Positions 37,870 through 48,111 of a DNA stretch of 62,486 nt are shown in pieces; position 1 is the first letter of the stretch; each line of letters starts with the position of its first letter. Made by a program: the position numbers and the translations under genes. The notes beneath the pieces were generated by a model. It was given only the letters and a program-made list of their open reading frames with translations, was not told the DNA's origin and searched no databases. This DNA comes from Planctomycetota bacterium (GTDB taxonomy: Bacteria > Planctomycetota > Planctomycetia > Pirellulales > Pirellulaceae). Location: positions 1-62,486 of the forward strand of contig JAEZAS010000509.1 of assembly GCA_023430365.1 (NCBI GenBank), given 5' to 3'.

Positions 37870-39051
37870 CTACCGGTCCGACTTCTCGAACTTGTACGCA
37901 TGATCGCGTTTGCGAAGCACTTCGGCTTTGACGATGCGATCCGGTTCCGGCTGGTTCGGACGGGTCGGCTCGCGGCGCTGGATCTTGGCCAGCACGTCGT
38001 GTCCTTCGATTACCCGGCCGAAGCAGGTGTGCAGATTGTCGAGATTGGGCGTCGGGCGGAAGGTGAGAAAGAATTGCGAGCCGCCCGTGTCGCGTCCGGC
38101 GTGAGCCATGCTCAGGCTGCCGCGGAAATGGTGGCGATAGTCGTCGCGATAACACTCACACGGAATGTGGTACCCCGGGCCACCGCGGCCGGTGCCCGTG
38201 GGATCGCCCCCTTGAGCCATGAAGTTCGAAAGCACCCGGTGGAACGGGGTGCCGTCGTAGTGCTTCTTCTCCACGAGGGTGATGAAGTTGGCCACCGTGT
38301 TGGGCGCCTGGTTCTCGAAGAGTTCGAGGACGATCTCTCCCTTGTCGGTCGTGAACTTCACGCGCGGCAGGTCGTCGGCCGCGGCTTCCTGGTCGCGAAT
38401 CGCCTTCTCCGCCTGCCAGAGTTGCTTGCGCTCGGGCGCCTCGAGCAGGAAACGTTCTCCCTGATCGACCAGGCGGCCCGCCTTATGGGCGATCGTCAGA
38501 TACTTTTCGGCAGCGTCGTACTCGTCGACGCAGTACGCCGCGCAGCCGGCGTAGGCGTAGAGCGTGGGGTCTTCGCAGCCGGCCTCGAACATCTGGCGAG
38601 CGAGACGAAGGGCTTCGTCATTGCGATCTCGGCGATAATCGTTCGCCACGATGCCGACGAGGACGCCAGTGGCCTGCTTGTCTTGCGGGTTGTTTTGAAA
38701 GGCCGTCAGCGCCGCTTGCTGCAGCGCCGGCATCAGGTCCTCGAGTCGCGTGGTGAGAGCGATGTACTTGTCACGCAGCCGCTCTCGCTCGGCGGGATCG
38801 GTTGCCGATCCATAGGCGCCGCCGATTTCGCGAAGCTGCTTATCCAGCTCGGCGTAGCGGGCCATGGCGGCCGGGAAATCCAAGTTGGCATTGGAAGCGG
38901 CTTCGGCCGGCTCATCGTCGCTGATCTTGGCTCGTGCGGGGGGCTGCGGACTGCCCTGGCCGTCCGGCCCTTGGGCAAACGCCCGGCAGCCGGACACGAC
39001 AGTGAGCAAAGCGGCGAGCACCAGGCCGCGGCGGAGGCAAGTCAGACACAT
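37870..39051 (-). CDS. Secreted TPR-repeat plus cyclophilin-type peptidyl-prolyl isomerase (paralog 1)
   Basis: Signal peptide; TPR-like helical region; C-terminal cyclophilin core [25 protein letters not shown] ... [20 protein letters not shown]. Confidence 0.8.
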   Translation of the reverse strand: MCLTCLRRGLVLAALLTVVSGCRAFAQGPDGQGSPQPPARAKISDDEPAEAASNANLDFPAAMARYAELDKQLREIGGAYGSATDPAERERLRDKYIALTTRLEDLMPALQQAALTAFQNNPQDKQATGVLVGIVANDYRRDRNDEALRLARQMFEAGCEDPTLYAYAGCAAYCVDEYDAAEKYLTIAHKAGRLVDQGERFLLEAPERKQLWQAEKAIRDQEAAADDLPRVKFTTDKGEIVLELFENQAPNTVANFITLVEKKHYDGTPFHRVLSNFMAQGGDPTGTGRGGPGYHIPCECYRDDYRHHFRGSLSMAHAGRDTGGSQFFLTFRPTPNLDNLHTCFGRVIEGHDVLAKIQRREPTRPNQPEPDRIVKAEVLRKRDHAYKFEKSDR

Positions 39052-39155
39052 GGAATGGGTCCGGTACGAAGTGAGGCAAGCAAAACGCCAAGACAGTACA
39101 ACGAGCAAGGGGCCGAGACGAGTCTCGACCCCATCTGCAACTAAAAACGTCGCCG

Positions 39156-40346
39156 CTATTCGACCTTCCGCGGCTCGTAGGAGTGATCGCGTTTGCGGAT
39201 CACTTCGGCCGAGAGAATGCGATCGGGCTCCGGCAGCGGCGGCTGGCCCTGCGGGTCGCGACGCTGGATCTTGGCGAGCACATCCATGCCTTCGATCACA
39301 CGTCCGAACGCCGTGTGCTTGCCGTCGAGTTCGGGCGTCTGGCGGAACGTGATGAAGAACTGGCTGCCGCCGGTGTCCTTGCCGGCGTGGGCCATGCTGA
39401 GAGTGCCGCGGAAGTGGCGGCGATACTCGGGCTTATAGCATTCGCAGAAAATCTGATAGCCGGGACCGCCGGTGCCGTCCCCCTTGGGATCGCCCCCTTG
39501 AGCCATAAAGTTCTGCAGTACGCGGTGGAAGGTCAGGCCGTCGTAGAACTTGTCCTCCACAAGCTTGACGAAGTTGCCGACCGTGTCGGGAGCCTCGTTC
39601 TCGAAGAGTTCGAGGACGATCTCACCCTTGTTGGTCGTCAGCTTCACGCGAGGCAGGTCGTTGGCCTCTTCCTCGGCCTTGCGGATTTCCTGCTCCTTTT
39701 CCCATAGCTGCTTTTCGATATCGACGCTGGAGGCCAGCTGCATGCCGTAGGACGACAGAGCGCCGGCTTCCTGGGCTTTGGTGAAGTATTCCTTCGCCTT
39801 GTCGTAGTCGTTCATCACGAAAGCGGCGACGCCGGCCGAGTCGTAGACCGACTTATCGTCGGCTTCGTTCTCGATGAGCGTCTGCGAGATCTCGGCGGCG
39901 GCTTCGTAGTCGTCACGGGCGACGGCGTCGGAGGCCATCTTCGTCAGGAAGCGGGCAAGTTCGAGGTCGGCGTTGGGAGACTCAACGTAGGCCTTGCGAG
40001 CCGCCTCGGTCAGCTTGGGAAGCAGTTCGGTGCCGCTTTTAACCCGGGCGGTCCACTGCTCGTTGAGTTGCTTTTGATCCGCCGACGAGGCAGTGACGTA
40101 CTGAGCTTTCAGCTTGCGCATGTCCTTGAGCAGCGTTTTCCACTGCGTGAACAGCTGGTCGAACTCGGCAGCGGCCGGTTTATCGGCGTTGCCTTTCTCG
40201 GCAGCCGGAGGAGCTTTTGCAGCCGGCGGCTGGGTGGGAGGCTGAGCGGGATTGGGCTGAGCAAAAACCAAAGCGGGCATACCGACGCAGGCAACCGCAC
40301 CCAGGACGGCTGCCCGGGTCAGGAAGTGCGAGAACCAGGCTTGCAT
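39156..40346 (-). CDS. Secreted TPR-repeat plus cyclophilin-type peptidyl-prolyl isomerase (paralog 2)
   Basis: Same architecture; cyclophilin core [25 protein letters not shown] ... [20 protein letters not shown]. Tandem duplicate of the previous gene. Confidence 0.8.
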   Translation of the reverse strand: MQAWFSHFLTRAAVLGAVACVGMPALVFAQPNPAQPPTQPPAAKAPPAAEKGNADKPAAAEFDQLFTQWKTLLKDMRKLKAQYVTASSADQKQLNEQWTARVKSGTELLPKLTEAARKAYVESPNADLELARFLTKMASDAVARDDYEAAAEISQTLIENEADDKSVYDSAGVAAFVMNDYDKAKEYFTKAQEAGALSSYGMQLASSVDIEKQLWEKEQEIRKAEEEANDLPRVKLTTNKGEIVLELFENEAPDTVGNFVKLVEDKFYDGLTFHRVLQNFMAQGGDPKGDGTGGPGYQIFCECYKPEYRRHFRGTLSMAHAGKDTGGSQFFITFRQTPELDGKHTAFGRVIEGMDVLAKIQRRDPQGQPPLPEPDRILSAEVIRKRDHSYEPRKVE

Positions 40347-40570
40347 GAGCGAATGCTCCGGAATGATGAATCGTTTGCCTAAAGTGTAACACCTTAGCAT
40401 GTTCGGGCCTGTCCGTGGAACCGCCGCAGGGCACCTGGGGGCGAAACGGACCAGCCGCCTTGTCGAATTGGGCAAGGGCGGCAAAACTTCTTTACGCAGC
40501 TTGCCGGGGCGATGGTTCGCTCCAGGGGTCGTTGCGAGAGGCAAATTCCGTCCTATCGGAAGGCGAAGAC

Positions 40571-41260
40571 GTGGCAAAACGGCGGCGAACCGAGCGACGA
40601 CGCAAAGAGTCCGAGGAATTGGACTCCGCCGACGCCTCGAAGCGGGAGGATGAGGGGCGTAAAGGTCCTGCCGACGAGCGGGCGCCCGTCGGCTTGCGCA
40701 TCATCGGCGGCAAGCATCGCGGCCGGACGCTGCAGTACAGCGGCGACATGCGCACCCGGCCGATGAAGGATCGCGTGCGGGAAGCGGTGTTCAACCTGGT
40801 TGGTCCGGACATCAAAGGGATGCACGCGATCGACCTGTTCGCCGGCACCGGGGCGCTCGGACTCGAGGCGATGAGCCGAGGCGCGGTAGGGGTGACGCTC
40901 ATCGAACGCCATCTGCCCACCACCAAGATTATCGAACAGAACGCCGCCGTCATTGGGGTCGAAGCGCAAACCAACGTCATCTTCGGCGACGCCTTTCGCT
41001 GGGCGAAGAACCCCACGGCGCCGGGCGATGTGCCGTGGGTCGTCTTTTGCTGCCCACCTTATGAGTTCTATGTCAGCCGGCAGCAGGACATGCTCGACCT
41101 CGTGAGTCGCCTGATGGAAAAAGCGCCGGCCGGCAGCGTGTTCGTTGTCGAAGCGGACGAACAATTTGACATGAGCCTATTGCCCGGCGGCGAGATCTGG
41201 GATGTCCGCAGATACCTGCCCGCCGTGGTGGCCATCGCGAGCAAGGAACAGCCGAAATGA
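40571..41260 (+). CDS. rsmD: 16S rRNA (guanine966-N2)-methyltransferase RsmD-like
   Basis: [37 protein letters not shown] ... [18 protein letters not shown] ... VFCCPPY. Start uncertain (GTG at 40571; the ORF extends to 40415). Confidence 0.7.
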   Translation: MAKRRRTERRRKESEELDSADASKREDEGRKGPADERAPVGLRIIGGKHRGRTLQYSGDMRTRPMKDRVREAVFNLVGPDIKGMHAIDLFAGTGALGLEAMSRGAVGVTLIERHLPTTKIIEQNAAVIGVEAQTNVIFGDAFRWAKNPTAPGDVPWVVFCCPPYEFYVSRQQDMLDLVSRLMEKAPAGSVFVVEADEQFDMSLLPGGEIWDVRRYLPAVVAIASKEQPK

Positions 41261-42195
41261 ATCAGACCGCAAATCAACACTTTGCCGACCGCCTCTGCCG
41301 CGAAATCCAGCGCAAGGGAAACCCGGTGCTGGTGGGCCTCGACCCGCGCACGCAGTCGCTGCCGGCCGGCCTGATCCAGGGCGAGGGCTATCAGGCAATT
41401 GCCCGCGGCTATTCTGCCTTCTGTCGCGGGGTGATCGACGTGGTGTCGCCGCTGGTTGCCGCAGTGAAGCCGCAGGCTGCCTTCTTCGAACAACTGGGCC
41501 CCGCAGGATGCACGGCGCTCGCGGAAGTGATCCAGTACGCCTCCCGCATAGGACTGCTCGTCATCGTCGATGGCAAGCGGAACGACATCGGCACCACTGC
41601 GGCCGCCTACGCCGAAGCGTACCTGGGCCCGGGTGAAACAAGCCCCTGGGGCGGCGACGCTTTGACGGTCAGCCCTTACCTCGGGGACGATAGCCTTACG
41701 CCGTTTATCGACACCGCGAAGCAGCGAGGGGCCGGCATCTTCGTCCTCGTGAAGACCTCGAATCCGGGCGGGCGAACGTTTCAGGATCTGCTCGTCGACG
41801 AACTGCCGCTCTATCGCCACGTGGCGACGCTCGTCGAAGGACTCTCGAAAGAAACGGCCGGCGAGTTTGGCTACGGAATCGCCGGCGCGGTGGCGGGAGC
41901 AACCTACCCGCAGCAACTGGGTGAAATCCGTCAGGCGATGCCCCACTCGCTGCTTCTGATACCAGGCTATGGCGCTCAAGGCGGCACCGCGAAGGACTGC
42001 GCCCCTGCGTTCGACGAGCGAGGTTTGGGGGCCATCGTGAACAATTCGCGCGGGATCATCTTCGCCCATCAAAAGGCGGAGTATAAGGAGCGGTTTGGTG
42101 AGAGTCGGTGGCAGGAAGCCGTGGAAGCCGCCACACGCGACATGATCGATCAATTGGCCGCCGAAACCACGGCGGGTCGGTTGCAACGGTCGTAG
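41257..42195 (+). CDS. pyrF: Orotidine-5'-phosphate decarboxylase (type 2)
   Basis: VLVGLDPR, VKPQAAFFE, VIVDGKRNDIGTTAAAY and LIPGYGAQGG are hallmarks of long-form PyrF. ATGA overlap with the rsmD stop. Confidence 0.85.
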   Translation: MNQTANQHFADRLCREIQRKGNPVLVGLDPRTQSLPAGLIQGEGYQAIARGYSAFCRGVIDVVSPLVAAVKPQAAFFEQLGPAGCTALAEVIQYASRIGLLVIVDGKRNDIGTTAAAYAEAYLGPGETSPWGGDALTVSPYLGDDSLTPFIDTAKQRGAGIFVLVKTSNPGGRTFQDLLVDELPLYRHVATLVEGLSKETAGEFGYGIAGAVAGATYPQQLGEIRQAMPHSLLLIPGYGAQGGTAKDCAPAFDERGLGAIVNNSRGIIFAHQKAEYKERFGESRWQEAVEAATRDMIDQLAAETTAGRLQRS

Positions 42196-42345
42196 CGGCT
42201 ACGACGAGGGCGGCGGACGCGGAGTTACTGCGAGGCGGGTGCTAAACTTGCCAGTGGTTCCAACTCCGTGGCGAATGACCATGCCTGAATCCCAATGACT
42301 TAAGTCTTTGGGACCTCGGCTTGGCCGTTTTGCACCTGATCGACT

Positions 42346-43245
42346 TTGCGAAGGCCCTCTCGCATGCGCAGCTTTGTTTTTGGATTGCTTGTCTTCGGCC
42401 TGACTTCCTCATCGCTGGCGATCGACATCTTTGTCGACAATCGCAACGGCGACGATCGGCGAAACGGTCGCACGCCGACTTCGCAGGGAGCGGCGAGCGG
42501 GCCGGTGCGCTCGATCGAGAAGGCGATCCGCCTCTGCAGCGGCGGGGGCGATCGGATCATCCTGATCAACTCGGGCGAACCGTACCGCGAGCAGGTCGCC
42601 ATCCAGGGTCCTCGCTGCAGCGGCACCGCGGATCTGCCGTTTGAGATCATCGGCAACGGCTGCGTGCTCGACGGCCGAACGTCGCTCGTCGAAGCCCAGT
42701 GGGAGCATCACCGCGGCGACATCTTCCGCGTGCGTCCTGGCTACATGAGCTATCAGCAGGTGTTCCTCGGCGACGCTCCTCTCGTGCGGCGTTATTCGGT
42801 CGACGGCCTGGTTCCCCAGCTAAAGCCGCTGGAGTGGTGCCTGCTCGACGGCTACATCTACTTCCGCACGGAGTCGGACCGGCTGCCGGAGTCGTATGAC
42901 CTTTTCTGCTGCGGCGGCAAGACGGGCATCACGCTTTACAACGTCCACGATGTTGTGATTTTGGACCTGACGATCCGCGGTTTTCACCTCGACGGTCTGA
43001 ACGCTCACGACAACGTCCGGCGGACCGACATTCTGGGGGTCACGAGCCAGCACAATGGCCGGAGTGGCTTCAGCGTCGGCGGCGCTTCGCGGGTGCGCAT
43101 CGAAGACTGTGCCGCGGCAGGCAACGGCGAGGCCCAGGTGCGGACCGAGGGCTATTCGATCACGCAGTTGAACCGCGGCGCCTTTGATGCGGCTTCGGCC
43201 CCCGCCTTGGTGCAAGACGGCGGCCGAGTGATTTCGAAGAAGTAG
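42346..43245 (+). CDS. Secreted right-handed parallel beta-helix repeat protein
   Basis: Signal peptide MRRPSRMRSFVFGLLVFGLTSSSLA; repeated GxxGxxV turns (ILINSGEPY, VVILDLTIRGFHLDGLNAHDN, GVTSQHNGRSGFSVGGAS). Confidence 0.6.
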   Translation: MRRPSRMRSFVFGLLVFGLTSSSLAIDIFVDNRNGDDRRNGRTPTSQGAASGPVRSIEKAIRLCSGGGDRIILINSGEPYREQVAIQGPRCSGTADLPFEIIGNGCVLDGRTSLVEAQWEHHRGDIFRVRPGYMSYQQVFLGDAPLVRRYSVDGLVPQLKPLEWCLLDGYIYFRTESDRLPESYDLFCCGGKTGITLYNVHDVVILDLTIRGFHLDGLNAHDNVRRTDILGVTSQHNGRSGFSVGGASRVRIEDCAAAGNGEAQVRTEGYSITQLNRGAFDAASAPALVQDGGRVISKK

Positions 43246-43264
43246 AGAACCCGGCGAGCTACGT

Positions 43265-43906
43265 CTAGTCCCGGACCAGCGGTACAAACCGGCAGAGCGT
43301 GAGCGCCTGCCCCTCGGCCTTGCCCGCCACCTTGTGAAAGGCGTAGAGCGTCTGTTCTTCGGACGTTCCCAGCGGAGCAACGAGAATCCCGCCTTCGCGC
43401 ATTTGCTTCCAGACTTCCTCGGGAACTTCCGGGGCCGCCGCTGCGATCAGGCAGCGGTCGAACGGAGCCGCCTCCGGCCAGCCGAGCCCCCCGTCGCCGA
43501 CACGAAGATGGACGTTGCGATAGTCGAGCCGCTCCAGCCGTTCCGCCGCCTGCTGAGAGAGCGGCGCGTGACGCTCAATGCTGTAAACCTCCGCAGACAG
43601 CTCAGCGAGCACCGCGGTCTGATAGCCACTGCCGGTGCCGATCTCCAGCACCCGCTCGCGGCCGGTGAGTTGCAACGCCTCGGTCATCAGCGCGACGATA
43701 TATGGCTGGCTGATCGTCTGGTGGCAATCGATCTGGAGGGCGCGATCGGAGTACGCTTCGTCGCGCACGGCTTCCGGAACGAAGCTTTCGCGCGGCACGC
43801 GCTCCATGGCGGCAAGGACCGCCGACGAGCGGATCCCTCGACGACGTAAATGCTGATTGAGCATCTCGGCGCGGGCGGAATCGAACTCACTCGACGGCTG
43901 TCTCAT
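43265..43906 (-). CDS. pcm: Protein-L-isoaspartate O-methyltransferase
   Basis: QTISQPYIVALMTEAL, VLEIGTGSGYQTAVLA and DRCLIAAAAPEVPEEVWKQMREGGILVAPLG are typical PCMT motifs. Confidence 0.85.
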   Translation of the reverse strand: MRQPSSEFDSARAEMLNQHLRRRGIRSSAVLAAMERVPRESFVPEAVRDEAYSDRALQIDCHQTISQPYIVALMTEALQLTGRERVLEIGTGSGYQTAVLAELSAEVYSIERHAPLSQQAAERLERLDYRNVHLRVGDGGLGWPEAAPFDRCLIAAAAPEVPEEVWKQMREGGILVAPLGTSEEQTLYAFHKVAGKAEGQALTLCRFVPLVRD

Positions 43907-43940
43907 GGCGGAAAGGGCGAGCTATTGACGTGCCGATGGG

Positions 43941-44681
43941 TCAGAAATCGATCTGTTGGTCGTCGAAGCCGATCTCGATTCTGGGAAAGATGTTTTTCAC
44001 CTCGTCCAGTGGCAGCGGCTCCATCGACCGCTCCAACGGATTGGTGTGCACCAGCACGAGGCGACCGACCTGGGCTTCCGCGGCCAGGCGGGCCACGGGG
44101 GTCAGGCAACTGTGCCCCGTTTTCTCGGCCCAGGGTCCCCAGTCGTCGGTGAAGTAGCACTCGTGCACTAGCACATCGACGCCGCGAATGTGCTCCCGGT
44201 ATTCGATCCCGCTCCCGGCCGTCGTATCGGTGACGTAGGCGAGCGAGCGGCCCGGCCAATCGAGGCGATAGCCGACCGCTCCCCCCGGGTGCGTAAGTGG
44301 AAACGAGCGCAGCACGCCGCCGTCGCGCAGCGGCACTTCGCGTTCGAGCGGCCGCCAGTCGATCGGCGGCATTGCGGGAAAGAGTTCCTGGGCAAACAGA
44401 TGCTTTTGAATCGCCGCCAGCTTCTGAGGCTCGCCATGAACCACGGCCCGTTCGACCGCTTGCTGGTAGAGGATGTCGAACAAATAGGTCAGGCCGATGA
44501 CGTGGTCGAGGTGCGCATGGGTCAGGAAGATATCGAGCCCGCCGGGGCGCAGGTGCTCGCGCACGCGGTACAAGGCGGTCCCCGCATCGAGGACGACGCC
44601 GATTTCCGGCAGCATCAAACACGAGGTCTGCCGACGATCGGTCGGATGGTAGCCCGAGGTACCCAGCAGGAGGAGTTTCAT
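43941..44681 (-). CDS. MBL-fold metallo-hydrolase
   Basis: THAHLDHVIGL (HxHxDH) and downstream Asp/His ligands (AYVTDT, VHEC). Confidence 0.75.
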   Translation of the reverse strand: MKLLLLGTSGYHPTDRRQTSCLMLPEIGVVLDAGTALYRVREHLRPGGLDIFLTHAHLDHVIGLTYLFDILYQQAVERAVVHGEPQKLAAIQKHLFAQELFPAMPPIDWRPLEREVPLRDGGVLRSFPLTHPGGAVGYRLDWPGRSLAYVTDTTAGSGIEYREHIRGVDVLVHECYFTDDWGPWAEKTGHSCLTPVARLAAEAQVGRLVLVHTNPLERSMEPLPLDEVKNIFPRIEIGFDDQQIDF

Positions 44682-44838
44682 GGCGTCAAGGTAACGGCCC
44701 GCCGAGCGGCGGACAATTGATGCCGGCGGGTGGCGAGAAGAATTGCCGCCGTAGCTGGATTCGCCAGAATTCAGACAAACCAGGCCCTCAACTCGCAGGG
44801 CGTCTGAATTCTGGCGAATTCAGCTACGGGGAGACTCT

Positions 44839-46008
44839 TTATCGTTCGAGCATTTTGAACGCTTCGAGGACCTTACCGCGGTGCTGGCTGCCGAAGACCA
44901 GAACCATCAGCTGGGTCATGATCTGCCGCTGGTCGGTGGTGAGAAACGCCTCGCCGCCGCCCGCCATGGCGATTTCGTAGAACTCGGGGAGCGGTTCCGA
45001 GTCGCGGCAGGTCACCGTGCTGACGATTCCTTTGTTCTGGCCGCGGAACGCCCGGGCATAGTCGACGCAGGTCTTCGTTTTCTCGGGATGCGGAGGAGCG
45101 TCGCCGAAGATGAGGATCATCTTGCGGGCGTTAGGGCGAAACCGATTGTTGTGCATCGACCAGTAAAGTCCTTCCTCGACCGCTTCGGGATGATCGCCGC
45201 CGCCGCCGGCTTCGACCTTTTCGAGAAAGGCTTTCAAATCCTGCACGTTGCTCGTGAGCGGAATGCCGCGGACGACATAATCGTCGTCGGTGTCGCGATA
45301 GGTGCAGAGGCTGATGCGGGCCTTGGGGACGAGGGTCAGCAGCGTGGTGCCGATGCGATCGATCTGGTCGGTCACCTGGTCGATTTCGCCCGACATACTG
45401 CCGGTGCTGTCAAAGCAGATGACAATGTCGAGCCCATTGCGGCGGAGCGACTGCAGCATGCCGTCCCAACTGCCGCCGCCCATCGAACCGCCGATTTGCA
45501 CGGAGCCAAGGTCGAATGCGCCGGCGCTGGCGCCGCTCGGCGACGGGGTCGCGAGCGTCAGGTCGGTGGCCCCTTCGGAGGTGGAACCACCGAACGCCGC
45601 GGGGGACTCGATCTCGAGCATCGGCTCGAGTTCTTCGCGAGGATGATCGCTGACGACCTCGTCGGTGACCAGCTGTTCTTCCTGCCGATCGGTCAGCGTT
45701 TCGGAGGGGAGGATGCCGACGAGCACATCGTCGGTCGTTCCTTCGCCGCTTCCCCCTTCGGTCTGCATGAGCGCGATCACGACCAGAATGGTCATGTGGA
45801 TCAGCAGCGAGCCGATGCCGGAGATGGAGTTCTCCAGCCAACCGCTCGGAGCGCGGCGCGGCGGGGCTCCTTGCGCGGCCACCGACGGGGCGGGTTCCGC
45901 CCGCGGAATGGTGACCGGCTTGCGGCAGTGGGGGCAGAGACCACGCGTGCCGAGTTGCTCGGGCGTGATGACGAACCGGCCACCGCAATGAACGCAGACA
46001 ATCTTCAT
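44839..46008 (-). CDS. Membrane-anchored vWA-domain protein with an N-terminal zinc ribbon
   Basis: CVHCGGRF...CPHCRKP zinc ribbon; one TM helix; vWA/MIDAS VICFDSTGSMSGEI ... ISLCTYRDTDDDY. Confidence 0.7.
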   Translation of the reverse strand: MKIVCVHCGGRFVITPEQLGTRGLCPHCRKPVTIPRAEPAPSVAAQGAPPRRAPSGWLENSISGIGSLLIHMTILVVIALMQTEGGSGEGTTDDVLVGILPSETLTDRQEEQLVTDEVVSDHPREELEPMLEIESPAAFGGSTSEGATDLTLATPSPSGASAGAFDLGSVQIGGSMGGGSWDGMLQSLRRNGLDIVICFDSTGSMSGEIDQVTDQIDRIGTTLLTLVPKARISLCTYRDTDDDYVVRGIPLTSNVQDLKAFLEKVEAGGGGDHPEAVEEGLYWSMHNNRFRPNARKMILIFGDAPPHPEKTKTCVDYARAFRGQNKGIVSTVTCRDSEPLPEFYEIAMAGGGEAFLTTDQRQIMTQLMVLVFGSQHRGKVLEAFKMLER

Positions 46009-46087
46009 ACGCTTATTGTCCGTGCGGGGAGCGGGCGGGTCAACAAAAGAGCGGAGGCGAGCGGGCAGGGTCGCAACATTGCTGCAC

Positions 46088-46176
46088 CGGCGAGCGGGAC
46101 GCGTGAGCGTCCCGGGTGCTCGCGGCGACGAGTGGTTCGCGTTTCACCGGGAGACTTACGTCTCCCGTTCGCCGGA
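46088..46176. repeat. Paired GNRA-hairpin palindromic element, copy C
   Basis: GCGAGCG-[GGGACGC GTGA GCGTCCC]-GGGTGCTCGC ... GTTTCACC-[GGGAGAC TTAC GTCTCCC]-GTTCGCC. Confidence 0.7.
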
Positions 46177-46365
46177 GGCCCAGGCGTTTTTCAGCAAAAC
46201 TCGTCGGCGAAAGTAGTAGGCACACCCCGTGTGCCGTGACTCACACGGACGACGGCAGAGGGCGTGTGCCTACTACTTAGCTGTCGCATGGTGTTATCAT
46301 GGGCGGCCGAGCGGCGAACCGATTTGCCGCGGTTCCTTGTTTGCGTTTCCCGATTGATCCCACCT

Positions 46366-47196
46366 ATGAAATTTGCAATCTGCAACGAGACGTTTGTCGA
46401 CTGGCCGTTCGAGAAGGCGTTCGCCCTGGCGCGCGAGGTCGGTTACACGGGCATTGAGATCGCTCCATTCACGATGGCCACCGATGTGCGAACCATCTCG
46501 GCCGCCCAGCGGGACGAAGTTCGCCGGCAGGCCGAGGCGGCTGAGCTCGAAGTGATCGGCCTGCACTGGCTCTTGGCCAAGACCGAAGGGTTTTATCTCA
46601 CCACGCCCGACGACACGGTTCGCCAGGCGACGGCTGGATACATCGGCGACCTGGCCCGGCTGTGCCGCGACCTCGGTGGGCGGGTGATGGTGCTCGGTTC
46701 GCCGAAGCAGCGCAACTTGCTGCCGGGCGTGTCGCACGAGCGAGCGATGGAACTGGCGGCCGATTGCCTGCGGCAGGCGGTCCCCGTGCTCGAAGAGTGC
46801 AACGTGACGATCGCCGTCGAGCCGCTTGGCCCGATGGATGGCGACTTTCTCACGACGGCCGATCAAGGCGTCCAATTGCTCGAGATGATCGGTTCGCCGC
46901 ATTGCCGGCTGCACCTGGACGTCAAAGCGATGGACAGCGAGCCGACTCCCATTCCGCAGATCATCGAGCGGCATGCAAACGTGATGGAACACTTCCATGC
47001 AAACGACCCAAACCTGAAGGGGCCGGGCATGGGAGAAATGGATTTTCTGCCCATCTTTCAGTCGCTGGCCAAGGTAGACTATCGCGGCTGGGTGTCGGTG
47101 GAAGTTTTCGACTATAGCCCCGGGCCTGAAACGATCGCCCGCGAAAGCATCGAGTACATGCGAGATTGCCTCGCCCGCCTGGCGGATGGCGAATAG
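46366..47196 (+). CDS. Sugar phosphate isomerase/epimerase (xylose-isomerase-like TIM barrel)
   Basis: MKFAICNETF ... GYTGIEIAPF ... TIAVEPLGP ... HCRLHLDV ... FHANDPN; TIM-barrel metal-ligand pattern. Confidence 0.75.
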   Translation: MKFAICNETFVDWPFEKAFALAREVGYTGIEIAPFTMATDVRTISAAQRDEVRRQAEAAELEVIGLHWLLAKTEGFYLTTPDDTVRQATAGYIGDLARLCRDLGGRVMVLGSPKQRNLLPGVSHERAMELAADCLRQAVPVLEECNVTIAVEPLGPMDGDFLTTADQGVQLLEMIGSPHCRLHLDVKAMDSEPTPIPQIIERHANVMEHFHANDPNLKGPGMGEMDFLPIFQSLAKVDYRGWVSVEVFDYSPGPETIARESIEYMRDCLARLADGE

Positions 47197-47214
47197 CACA
47201 GAGGAGCGGCAAGC

Positions 47215-48111
47215 GTGAGCAACCAAGCGTTGACGAGCACTCGGCGGGTATTTTTGCGGGACGGATCGCTGCTGCTCCTGGGCGCCGGCACCACGCTGGC
47301 TTCGGCGAAGCAATTGATCGCCGACGAATCGAAACCGGGAGCTCGACTGGGCCTGGTGACCGACCTGCACTATGCCGACAAGCCGCCGGCCGGAACGCGG
47401 TACTACCGCGAGACGCTGGCGAAGTTCCAGGAAGCGGCCGGCGAATTCACGAAGGCAAAGATCGACGCGGTCGTGAGCCTGGGCGATTTGATCGACTCAG
47501 CCGACACGCTCGAAGCCGAAACCGAATATCTCGCACGCATCCAGAAAGAATTCGCCGCCCTGCCATGCGACCGGCACTACGTGCTGGGCAACCACTGCGT
47601 GACGACGCTCACCAAGAAGGAATTTCTCCAGGAGGTGGGTCAGCAGCAGCCGCACTATTCGTTCGATCTCGGCGGCTATCACTTCATTGTGCTCGACGCC
47701 TGTTTTCGCTCCGATTGCCAGCCGTACGGTCGCAACAACTTCGTGTGGACCGACTGCAATCTGCCGCCGGATCAGATCGAGTGGCTGCGCGAGGACTTGA
47801 AGGATACGAGCAAACCGACGATCGTCTTCGTCCACCAGCGGCTCGACGTCGAGAACCACTATGGCGTGCAGCAGGCGAAGCAGATTCGCGAGCTGCTGGA
47901 GCAATCGCAGAAGGTGCTCGCGGTGTTTCAGGGGCACAGCCACAAGAACGACCTCAAGACCATCAACGGCATCCACTACTGCACGCTGGTCGCGATGATC
48001 GAGGGGTCGGGAAAAGAAAACAGCGGCTATTCGCTGCTCGACCTGCACGAGCCCGGTGTGCTCCGACTGTCGGGATTCCGCAAGCAAGCAAACTACGCGT
48101 GGGCAACATGA
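47215..48111 (+). CDS. Tat-secreted calcineurin-like metallophosphoesterase
   Basis: Tat leader STRRVFLRDGSLLLLGAGTTLASA; phosphoesterase motifs GLVTDLHY, SLGDLID, GNHC, FVHQ. Confidence 0.75.
   Translation: MSNQALTSTRRVFLRDGSLLLLGAGTTLASAKQLIADESKPGARLGLVTDLHYADKPPAGTRYYRETLAKFQEAAGEFTKAKIDAVVSLGDLIDSADTLEAETEYLARIQKEFAALPCDRHYVLGNHCVTTLTKKEFLQEVGQQQPHYSFDLGGYHFIVLDACFRSDCQPYGRNNFVWTDCNLPPDQIEWLREDLKDTSKPTIVFVHQRLDVENHYGVQQAKQIRELLEQSQKVLAVFQGHSHKNDLKTINGIHYCTLVAMIEGSGKENSGYSLLDLHEPGVLRLSGFRKQANYAWAT

Noticed and set aside
37900-39144. 414-aa plus-strand ORF (and 39183..39707)
   Set aside because: Antisense to the TPR-cyclophilin paralogs.
46297-47370. 357-aa minus-strand ORF
   Set aside because: Antisense to the sugar phosphate isomerase, which has TIM-barrel motifs and a better start.
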